Positions 1-7,698 of a stretch of DNA of 12,247 bases are shown piece by piece. The position numbers were made by a program, and so were the translations under genes. Below the pieces are notes generated by a model. It had not been told where the DNA came from. It did no database searches and saw nothing but the letters and a program-made list of their open reading frames with translations. The stretch lies in contig DASPSR010000037.1 of the NCBI GenBank assembly GCA_035623825.1, positions 1 to 12,247 of the forward strand, in the 5' to 3' direction. Source of the DNA: Nitrospirota bacterium (GTDB lineage: Bacteria > Nitrospirota > UBA9217). Numbering within the stretch: the stretch's first letter is position 1; each line of letters begins with the position of its first letter.

Positions 1-396
1 CGAAGTTACTGTTGAAGACAAGGCCTCTTTTTGCTTTTTTCAACTACTAATACGCACGCATGGAAATAGAAAAGAGTAAAAATTTCCGTATGAAATGTTG
101 GAGCCCGCGATTATTGAATCTATAAACATGCCAACCTGAAACATTGATTTTTGGGACCTTGCAGAAAATCAATACTTCGTTCGGAAACTGTCAGCTTCTT
201 GCCTTTCTTCCGACTCTCCGTTCGCGCCCTACTGAGTTGATGCACGCCTCAGCTAATGATGGGTTTGCTATTCATAAGTCAGAACGTGCATCTCCCAAAA
301 TTACCCTCGAGTGCGTTTTCCCCCCGTTTATCGCCGTCCTTTTTGATCGTCCGACCGTATTTCCCTGATACTTAATTCTCCTTTTGTGTCCCTTCA

Positions 397-425
397 TTGA
401 CAAGTCATACTAGTAGTGCTACAGG
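397..425 (+). promoter_or_regulatory. Possible sigma70 promoter for the hydrolase cluster
   Basis: Perfect TTGACA at 397-402, 17-nt spacer, then a weak -10 TACAGG (420-425) preceded by TG; the palindrome TACTAGTA lies in the spacer. The -10 match is poor. Confidence 0.3.
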
Positions 426-501
426 TAAAAATAAGGAGTATTTTAAGCCCACGATTTTGGCGATATAAGTTACCATCAATCATCAAATCAAGGAGAGTCA
501 C

Positions 502-595
502 ATGTCCGAACATTAAAGGCGGCATTGGGTACAATCTGCCGCAAGAGGCGCCGAAGGCATTCGCCGACGCCATCTTCGAGGTGGCCGGTTATTAA
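502..595 (+). pseudogene. Remnant of an alpha/beta-fold hydrolase (start stub plus C-terminal end)
   Basis: AAGGAG then ATG at 502 gives only MSEH*. A different frame (512-595) reads IKGGIGYNLPQEAPKAFADAIFEVAGY*, matching the GGIGHNLPQEAP.AFA.A C-terminus of alpha/beta hydrolases, with the catalytic His position reading Tyr. Confidence 0.75.
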
Positions 596-739
596 TGGGT
601 GTTCGTGAGGCGCCCGAGATGAGTGTCATGCAACGTCAATAGGAGGATTTGGTTTGTCCGCGACCCCTCGCGCTTTCTCGGACGTGACTGAGAGGCGGGA
701 TGACTCACCGAGGTCCATCAAAGGAAGGGGGTTAGTTCC

Positions 740-1567
740 ATGAAGATCATACAGTGTGAACAGAGTAGTCGTTGCCACGTCGGCGCGAGGTTCTTCCATG
801 CTGCACGGATTTGGGTGGCGGCGGTAGTCTCGATCGCATTGTCGGTTTGCGCCGCGGCCGTCGGCGCTGCGCCTGCGCAGCCAATCAAGAACATAGTACT
901 TGTGCACGGCGCCTTCGCCGATGGCTCAAGCTGGGCCAAGGTGATCAGGATTCTGCAGGACAAGGGTTACAACGTCACGGCTGTGCAGAATCCTCTGACC
1001 TCGCTTGCAGATGACGTCGCGGCGACCCAGCGCGCGCTGGCGCAGCAGGATGGTTCCGTGATCCTGGTAGGCCATTCGTGGGCAGGCGTCGTGATCACCG
1101 AAGCGGGTATGGATCCCAAGGTCGTCGGCCTGGTCTACGTCGCGGCCTTCGGACCGGATCAAGGCGAGGTGGTCGGCGAACTGGGGAAGGCATATCCGCC
1201 TCCCCCCGCGCTCGCGGCGCCGATCGTCGACAAGGATGGCTTCATGCACCTGACCATGGACGCGATGGTGAAGCACTTTGCGTCTGACCTGCCGGCAAAG
1301 GAAGCGCGCGTGGTCGCGGCCACGCAGGGTCCGATTGCCGTCTCGGCCTTCGGAGCCCAGGTGTCTGGCGTCGCGTGGAAGACGAAGCCGTCGTGGTACA
1401 TCGTATCCACGCTCGACGGTGCGATCGCACCCGATGAAGAACGCTTCTTCGCCAAGCGCATGAAGGCGACAACCACGGAATTGAAGGCGAGCCACGTGTC
1501 GATGCTCTCACAGCCGAAGGCAGTGGCTGCGGTCATCATGGACGCGGCGGCGAAGGCTCCGCACTAA
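740..1567 (+). CDS. Alpha/beta fold hydrolase (Abhydrolase_6-like), probably exported
   Basis: 275 aa. IVLVHGAFADGSSW oxyanion motif, GHSWAG nucleophile elbow, LDGAI (Asp) and ASHVS (His). Hydrophobic N-terminal stretch ending AVGAAPAQP resembles a signal peptide. Purine-rich SD upstream. Confidence 0.92.
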   Translation: MKIIQCEQSSRCHVGARFFHAARIWVAAVVSIALSVCAAAVGAAPAQPIKNIVLVHGAFADGSSWAKVIRILQDKGYNVTAVQNPLTSLADDVAATQRALAQQDGSVILVGHSWAGVVITEAGMDPKVVGLVYVAAFGPDQGEVVGELGKAYPPPPALAAPIVDKDGFMHLTMDAMVKHFASDLPAKEARVVAATQGPIAVSAFGAQVSGVAWKTKPSWYIVSTLDGAIAPDEERFFAKRMKATTTELKASHVSMLSQPKAVAAVIMDAAAKAPH

Positions 1568-1585
1568 ATATCAGAGGCATTCATC

Positions 1586-1870
1586 ATGAAAGCAAGCTCT
1601 TGCTCGCCGCGATGCTCGTCAGTGCAATCGGGGCTCCGATCAAGACCTTACCAGACGCGCGCATCGTCTACAAGGGGGAGCTCTCCGTTCCTGCAGTATT
1701 CACGGTTCTTCCCCGGCGAGATCTGTTGTGCGCCACGGAGCTGGGTTGAGCGTGCATGTCGCGACCTCATCTACTTTCACGAGGTCGACAAGGGCGGACA
1801 CTTCGCAGAATGGGAGCTGCCGCAGCTCTTCGCTGAGGAGGTTCGCGCAGCGTTCAGATCGTTGCTGTAG
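1586..1870 (+). pseudogene. Internally deleted, frameshifted epoxide hydrolase-family remnant
   Basis: C-terminus FPGEICCAPRSWVERACRDLIYFHEVDKGGHFAEWELPQLFAEEVRAAFRSL matches the epoxide hydrolase pattern FPGEI..APRSW.ERAY..LIYF.EVDKGGHFAAWEQP. A second frame (1594-1707) reads KLLLAAMLVSAIGAP...KGELSVPAVFTV and joins it by frameshifts near 1592 and 1708. Confidence 0.82.
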
Positions 1871-1959
1871 TTTGATTGAGCGGGCGGCACGCCCCGCGCG
1901 CGTCGACCCCTAATTTTTTCGTCCAAGTGCGTAAGTCCACCTCGAGAGGAGGAGATCCC

Positions 1960-2781
1960 ATAGTTTTCGAGACAATCACCGTGCGCGAGGAAGGGGCCGT
2001 TCTATTTGCAGAAATTGCCGCCCCGCCTATGAATCTTCTGGGACCCGAACTGGTCCGCGATCTGGTCTCTCTCATTCAGCGAGCCGAGGCCGACGACGCC
2101 TTCCAGGTGCTCGTGTTTAAGAGTGCCGACCCCGACTATTTCATTTCCCACGTTGACCTGACCCGGATCAAAGAGTACCGGGAGGAAGCAGCGAAGCTGA
2201 CCGGCGAAGCGTCGATAGCCCTCCTGTTTCGCCATCTGAGCGCAAGCCGTCTCGTCACAATCGCGCAGATTGAGGGTCGCGTACGCGCCGCCGGCAGCGA
2301 GTTCGTGCTGGCATGCGACATGCGCTTTGCCGCGAGAGAGTCAGCGATCTTCAGTCAGTTTGAGCCGGCGTTCGGGCAGATTCCCGGCGGGGGCGCTGCA
2401 CAACACCTCGTGCGCCTCATGGGCCGCGCCCGGGCGCTCGAGGTCATGTTGAGCGCGGAGGATTACGACGCGGAGCTGGCTGAACGGTATGGATGGATCA
2501 ATCGAGCGTTGCCCGCAGACGCGCTCAGCGATTTCGTCAGATCGCTCGCTCACCGGATTGCCAGGTTTCCGGCCGCCGGCCATGTCGCGGTTAAGGATCG
2601 GGTCAATGCTATCGCGCTCGCGCCGATAGAAGACTTCCGTCGAGACTCCGATCTCTTCGGCGAAGGTGTGCGCAACCCCGAGGCGCAAAGCCGGATCCGA
2701 GCAGCGATGAAGCGCGGTTTCCAGACCCGAGACGCGGAAATGACCCTGGCCCGGATGCTGAACAACTTGACTGACGAATGA
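1960..2781 (+). CDS. Enoyl-CoA hydratase/isomerase (crotonase) family protein; start uncertain (ATA at 1960, or TTG 1876 / GTG 1981)
   Basis: Crotonase motifs APPMNLLG, FISHVDL, TIAQIEGRVRAAGSEFVLACDMRFA, FSQFEPAFGQIPGGG, GRARALE and AERYGWINR. AGGAGG at 1947-1952 sits 7 nt before the in-frame ATA. Confidence 0.9.
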   Translation: MVFETITVREEGAVLFAEIAAPPMNLLGPELVRDLVSLIQRAEADDAFQVLVFKSADPDYFISHVDLTRIKEYREEAAKLTGEASIALLFRHLSASRLVTIAQIEGRVRAAGSEFVLACDMRFAARESAIFSQFEPAFGQIPGGGAAQHLVRLMGRARALEVMLSAEDYDAELAERYGWINRALPADALSDFVRSLAHRIARFPAAGHVAVKDRVNAIALAPIEDFRRDSDLFGEGVRNPEAQSRIRAAMKRGFQTRDAEMTLARMLNNLTDE

Positions 2782-2800
2782 TCGAATAGAGGACATCATC

Positions 2801-2944
2801 ATGTTCCGTAAAGAAGACGTCCGCCTCGCTGCCGAGGGTCTTAAATGGGTTTTCAATGCCAAGGAGCAGAAGACCTCCGAGATCACGATTCCTGTTGCCA
2901 TCACAGTCTCCTCCGGCGTGGGTTATCGTTCATCGCGAAGATGA
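2801..2944 (+). pseudogene. Short decayed hydrolase remnant, possibly chimeric
   Basis: GAGG SD then a 47-codon ORF, MFRKEDVRLAAEGLKWVFNAKEQKTSEITIPVAITVSSGVGYRSSRR*. The second half resembles the epoxide hydrolase segment QKT.EI.IPVAITVFPGE.YRAPRSW, with TGA where Trp is expected. Confidence 0.6.
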
Positions 2945-2984
2945 CCGTGGTGCTGCCGGATGTGACAAAAGAGCGAGGTAGCAA

Positions 2985-3488
2985 ATGAAAATAAAGCAGA
3001 TTAATGTGGAGCGATTTAGTGTGACTTCCTTGAAGTCTTTCGAACGTGTAGTAGCAAGATTCGAAGCGGCTGTGGGTCATCCCAACATGGATGGTTTCCG
3101 GAAGGACGTAGCCGCAGCAAAAGCATTCGCAGAAGTGGAGAGTGTCGTCAATAAAGCAATCGGGACCTCTGGTTTGATGGAGTTCACCCGTTTTGATATT
3201 GGCGAGATATTACGTAAGGAAAACGGAGAAGAAGCGCCCAAAATTCTGCGCATGGTCATCGGCAATCCGCTTATCATGAAGCATATGGTCGAGCACGTGC
3301 CTGACGCAGCCTCGTATGCGCCGGTAACGATCCTGATCGATGAGCGGTCGGATGGAGTGCACTTATCCTACGACAGAATGAGCAGCTTTCTTGCTCCGTA
3401 TGGAAATGTGGAAGCCCTGAAGGTCGCGCGGGAACTTGACGCTAAGATTGAAGCATTGTTAGCCGAAACGGCGATTGGGGCGGAATAA
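2985..3488 (+). CDS. DUF302 domain-containing protein
   Basis: 167 aa, GAGG SD. Motifs IGNPLIMKHMVEHVPDAASYAPVTILIDE, LSYDRMSSFL and VARELDAKIEAL are typical of DUF302 proteins. Confidence 0.85.
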   Translation: MKIKQINVERFSVTSLKSFERVVARFEAAVGHPNMDGFRKDVAAAKAFAEVESVVNKAIGTSGLMEFTRFDIGEILRKENGEEAPKILRMVIGNPLIMKHMVEHVPDAASYAPVTILIDERSDGVHLSYDRMSSFLAPYGNVEALKVARELDAKIEALLAETAIGAE

Positions 3489-3691
3489 GTAATATGCAAT
3501 TTTAAAAAATGGCAACTATCTTTGATTTCATCCTGTAATCCGCAAATCGTGTATATTCTGAGACCTACGTCTTTCATGTCGAAATCTTTCATCGTATCCA
3601 GCTTCCAGTTCTTCTTGCAGCCATTTCTTGATATGTCTAAAGTTTTATCGTGAAGTATTAAATGCCACATTTGGATACCGTTATTTTTTTC

Positions 3692-3723
3692 TTGCCTACC
3701 GCTATTCCCTCTGATATATTGCG
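3692..3723 (+). promoter_or_regulatory. Sigma70-like promoter overlapped by a ModE-type operator
   Basis: TTGCCT (3692-3697), 17 nt, TATATT (3715-3720). CGCTAT-N12-ATTGCG (3700-3723) has the 24-bp geometry of the ModE box (CGTTAT-N12-ATAACG) and lies directly before modE. Confidence 0.6.
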
Positions 3724-3725
3724 CT

Positions 3726-4103
3726 ATGCTGAACAACAAAAAGAGACCTAAATCTATGCACAATCACGGGCGGGATGTCCGGGGTCACATCTGGATCGAA
3801 GGGCCTGAAGGCGTGTTCATCGGCTGGGGGCGAGTCAACCTGCTTGAACAAATCCGGAAGCACGGATCAATCACAAAAGCCGCCATGTCTATGAAAATGG
3901 CATACCGCCATGCCTGGGACCTTGTGGATTCCATGAACCGACAATCAAGACATCCTTTCGTTCAAATTATTGCCGGCGGGAAAGGTGGCGGAGGCGCACG
4001 AGTTACGGAAGAAGGCGATAGAGCCATCAGGATTTTTCGACAATTTGCAGACGACTTCAAAGCCTTTTTAGATGGCGAACAAAAGAAGTTGCGGTTTAAA
4101 TAA
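3726..4103 (+). CDS. modE: ModE-family transcriptional regulator, winged-HTH domain only (no TOBE domains); alternative start 3756
   Basis: IWIE....FIGWGRVNLLEQIRKHGSITKAAMSMKMAYRHAWDLVDSMN and GGKGGGGARVTEEG are ModE N-terminal signatures. The protein ends at 125 aa. Confidence 0.92.
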   Translation: MLNNKKRPKSMHNHGRDVRGHIWIEGPEGVFIGWGRVNLLEQIRKHGSITKAAMSMKMAYRHAWDLVDSMNRQSRHPFVQIIAGGKGGGGARVTEEGDRAIRIFRQFADDFKAFLDGEQKKLRFK

Positions 4104-4158
4104 TAGTATAAACTAATGATAAATTAATCATTTGGCAAGAAGAAAGGGTGCAACAAAA

Positions 4159-6843
4159 ATGAAGGTAGAACTCACGATCAACGGCAAACAGATCATCTCT
4201 GAAAGAGGGAAAACCATCCTTCAGCTATGCAGGGACTCGGACATCTTCCTCCCGACGCTCTGTTATGATGAGAGGCTGGAAGCCTACGGCGGCTGCAGGT
4301 TATGCCTCGTCGAGGTGAAGGGCGTCAACAGGCCGTTGACCGCCTGCACAACGCCAGCAGAAAACGGCATGGAAATCACGACCGAGAGCGAACTCCTTAC
4401 GAGGCTCAGAAAGACGACTCTTTCACTTATCCTGTCAAATCATCCGAACGATTGCATGTGCTGTGATAATGCCGGAGACTGCACGCTTCAGGAACTGGCC
4501 TACCTGTATGATGTGAGACCCGGCCTATACGCGGGCGAGAGATGGGATCTGCCAATTCGGGAAGACAATCCCTTCATAACGTTCGAACCGAAAAAATGTA
4601 TTTCCTGCTCAAGGTGCACGCGGATTTGCAATGACGTGGTCATGGCTGGCACGATCGATATGGTTGGTCGGGGTTTTCACACGATGCCGGACACTGCTTT
4701 TAAAAAGCCGCGCTCGCTCAAAAACTGCGAGTTCTGCGGGCAGTGCGTCTCAACCTGTCCCACCGGTGCATTGACCGACAAAAAGGGCAGGAGCAAAGGA
4801 CGTTCCCACGATGTGAAGAAAGTGAAGACTACGTGTTCCTATTGCGGGACAGGATGCAACTTCTTTTTGCACGTGAAAAAAGGCAAGGTCATAAAAGTAT
4901 CTTCAGACTATGACGCGCCCGTGAACAAGGGGAATCTCTGCATCAAAGGGAGATACGGCTACGATTTCATTCACAGCCCTGACAGGCTTAGAGCCCCGCT
5001 AATCAAACGGGACGGAATGTTTCACGAAGCGACCTGGGAAGAAGCGCTGACGCTTGTTGCGGACAAATTCAAGGAGTTGATTGCCAAACACGGGCCTGAG
5101 AAAGTGGGTGCCTTTTCCTCGTCCCGGTGCACCAACGAGGAAAACTATCTCCTTTCCAAATGGGTCAGGTGCGCAGTCGGGTCCAACAACGTTGACAATT
5201 GTGCCCGGGTCTGACACGCCCCGACTGTGGCCGGTCTGGCCACAAGCCTCGGAGCGGGCGCCGCTACGAATTCATTAAGTCAGATACCGGACATCGACAC
5301 GCTGTTCTTGTTCGGATCGAACCCGACAGAAGGACATCCGATCGTTTCCTTATGGCTCAAACAAGCGCTGCGTATTGGCGCAAAACTCATTGTCGCGGAC
5401 CCAAGAAAGACCTGGATGGCGCGAAAGGCGGACGTCTGGCTAAACCTGAAGCCGGGCAGCAACATCGCCCTGCTGAACGGTATGATCGACGTTATCTTGC
5501 AGAACGGGTGGGAAGACTGTGAGTTTATCACCAAAAGGACAGAAGGCTTTAAGGAGCTCAGGGAGAAGGTCGGGGAATATGATCTTGATCGGGTCGTAAA
5601 CCTCACCGGAGTTGCGAAAGAGAAGATCATCAAAGCGGCCCGGCTATATTCCCTTGCGGAAAAGGCCATGATCGTCTACGGACTCGGAATTACCGAACAC
5701 CGGACTGGAACTGAAAACGCGATGGCGATCGCGAACCTTGCTCTCGTCTGCAGCCACATCGGAAGGCCCTCAACCGGCATCATGGCCCTTCGGGGTCAAA
5801 ATAACGTTCAGGGTGCCTCGGACCTGGGCCCGTTGCCTGCCACACTCCCGGGGTATCAGTCCGTTGCCGATGCGAAGGCGCGGGAAAAGTTCGAGAAAGC
5901 GTGGAACGTTAAAATAAAGCCCAAGCCTGGGCTCAAATCTGTTGAGATGCTGGATGAATGCAAGCGCGGAAATTTTAAGGGCCTTTTCATCCTGGGAGAA
6001 GACCCGGCACAGACGGACCCTGATCTGCACCATGTACGGAGCGCGTTGGAATCGGTCGAGTTCCTCGTGGTGCAGGACATTTTCCCGACCGAGACGACGA
6101 AATACGCACATGTGATCCTCCCCGGTGCCAGTTTTGCCGAAAAGAACGGGACCTTCACGAACGGCGAGCGCCGGGTGCAGCGCGTTCGAAAGGCGGTTGA
6201 ACCAGTGGCGGGTATGGCGGAGTGGGAGGTCATCAGCAGACTTTCCACGCTGATGGGATACCCCATGGACTACAATCACCCGTCAGACATCATGGATGAG
6301 ATTGCCAGTCTCGTCCCGATCTACGGCGGCATAAGCTATGAGCGCATCGAGGAGAAGGGGATTCAGTGGCCTTGTCCCACAAAGGACCACCCCGGCACGA
6401 CAACGCTCTACACCGATCTGTTCGCGCGTCCCGGTGGCCTGGCGAAATTCATGACCCTTGACCACCAGGGTTCCGGCGAAGTTCCCGATAATGAATATCC
6501 TTTTGTATTGATTACCGGGAGGATTCGGGAGCATTACAACAACGGCTCCATGACCGGGAGGGTACAGGGCATTATGGAACTGGTCCCTGAAGAGCTGCTT
6601 GAAATCAATACAAAAGATGCGGAAGCGTTAAGAATCAATGACGGCGATCCGGTCCTGGTCTCTTCACGGAGAGGCAATGTCAAGGTCAAAGCCAGGATCA
6701 CGGAGCGCTCACAGCCGGGAAATGTGTTTCTCACATTTCATTTCCGAAATGCGCTCACCAATATTCTTACCTCCAGTCACAGAGACCCGATAACCGGGAC
6801 ACCTGAATACAAGTCCTGCGCGGTGAGGGTGGAAAAAGCATGA
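4159..6843 (+). CDS. fdhF: Selenocysteine-containing formate dehydrogenase alpha subunit (Mo/W-bis-PGD, NuoG-like Fe-S N-terminus), 894 aa with UGA readthrough at 5212-5214
   Basis: ORFs 4132..5214 and 5227..6843 are in one frame and join as NCARV-U-HAPTVAGL. Motifs: 2Fe-2S (PTLCY...GGCRLCLVE...TAC), HPNDCMCC....DC, two 4Fe-4S (CISCSRC, CEFCGQCVSTCP), CSYCGTGC...LCIKG, LRGQNNVQG and the C-terminal PEYKSCAV. ATG at 4159 follows AAAGGGTG. Confidence 0.96.
5212..5244 (+). promoter_or_regulatory. Selenocysteine UGA codon and bacterial SECIS hairpin
   Basis: TGA (5212-5214), 11-nt spacer, stem TGTGGCC (5226-5232) / GGCCACA (5238-5244) enclosing GGTCT. Spacing and apical sequence match the E. coli fdhF SECIS. 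Confidence 0.92.
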
Positions 6844-7451
6844 GAAGACCATCACAAGAACCTCCCACGCAATCTGATTTTGATTTCTTGCTCGATGAAT
6901 CCGTCAAGTTGCACGGCCACATCTGCCCGGGCCAGGTGCTCGGGGTGCGCATGTCCATGCTTGGCCTTTGGGCAGTCGGCATTTCCGATCCGAAAGGCCG
7001 CGACAGGAAGAATCTCATCGTGTTCGTCGAGACGGACCGGTGTGCGACCGATGCGGTCCAGTCCGTGACGGGCTGCAGCCTCGGCCGCAGGACCATGAAG
7101 TTCATGGATTACGGAAAGATGGCGGCTACCTTTGTGAACCTTGCGTCGAATCAGGCGATCCGGATATTCGCGCGGGACGAATCCCGGGCGTTGGCAAAGG
7201 ACTATTTTCCGGAGTTCAAGAATAAATATCAGGCCCAGCTTGAAGGGTACAAGATCATGAGTGACGAGGAGTTATTTTCCGTCAGCCAGGTTCGGGTGCG
7301 TTTGCGTCCCGAGGACATGCCGGGCAGACCGATGAGTCAGGTCCAGTGCGTGCTGTGCGGGGAGCAGGTGCAGGACGGGCGAGAACGGCATCGGGACGGC
7401 ATGACGCTCTGCAGTCCGTGCGCTGACGGTGGATATTACGAGTGGGTGTAA
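6840..7451 (+). CDS. fmdE: FmdE family protein (formylmethanofuran dehydrogenase subunit E-like) with C-terminal C4 zinc finger
   Basis: HGHICPGQVLGVRM, VETDRCATDAVQSVTGCSLG and DYGKMAATF; C-terminal CVLCGE...CSPC. ATGA overlap with the fdh stop codon. Confidence 0.9.
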   Translation: MRRPSQEPPTQSDFDFLLDESVKLHGHICPGQVLGVRMSMLGLWAVGISDPKGRDRKNLIVFVETDRCATDAVQSVTGCSLGRRTMKFMDYGKMAATFVNLASNQAIRIFARDESRALAKDYFPEFKNKYQAQLEGYKIMSDEELFSVSQVRVRLRPEDMPGRPMSQVQCVLCGEQVQDGRERHRDGMTLCSPCADGGYYEWV

Positions 7452-7453
7452 TC

Positions 7454-7654
7454 ATGCTTTTCAAGAGGGTCGCTTTCGATGTGCAATGAGATTTCGTTCT
7501 GGTGACCCATGATCTTGCCAAAGCAACGGCTCTGTCGGACCGGATTATCATCATGGCTGACGGCAAGGTTATACAAACCAGCAGTCTGGGCGACGTGACA
7601 AGAGCACCACTATGCCCTGAAGTTGAACATCTTGTCTTGCAGCCACAGGGTTGA
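7454..7654 (+). pseudogene. Internally deleted ModC-like ABC ATPase remnant
   Basis: One frame reads MLFKRVAFDVQ*DFVLVTHDLAKATALSDRIIIMADGKVIQTSSLGDVTRAPLCPEVEHLVLQPQG*. The H-loop and tail align with the intact ModC in this window (LLVTHDFEEAAALSDKIIVYEHGKTVQIDSPEKIKNCP). Walker A/B and the signature motif are missing. Confidence 0.8.
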
Positions 7655-7698
7655 TATGCTCAAGAGCAGCGACGAATAAGAAGAAGAGGAAGCGGTCC

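Noticed and set aside
144-368. 74-aa + strand ORF
   Set aside because: TTG start without an SD and no recognisable motif; likely spurious.
3368-3763. 131-aa minus-strand ORF, and a protein-like stretch in another minus frame (HIKKWLQEELEAGYDERF)
   Set aside because: It overlaps the DUF302 gene and modE and has no recognisable family. The spacer may hold a decayed gene but I cannot identify it.
4132-6843. Two separate fdh ORFs, or a nonsense-mutated pseudogene
   Set aside because: The TGA is at the Sec/Cys ligand position, the frame continues and a SECIS follows.
7487-7489. In-frame TGA in the modC-like remnant as a second selenocysteine codon
   Set aside because: It aligns with Trp rather than Cys, no SECIS-like hairpin follows, and the frame lacks the ATPase core.
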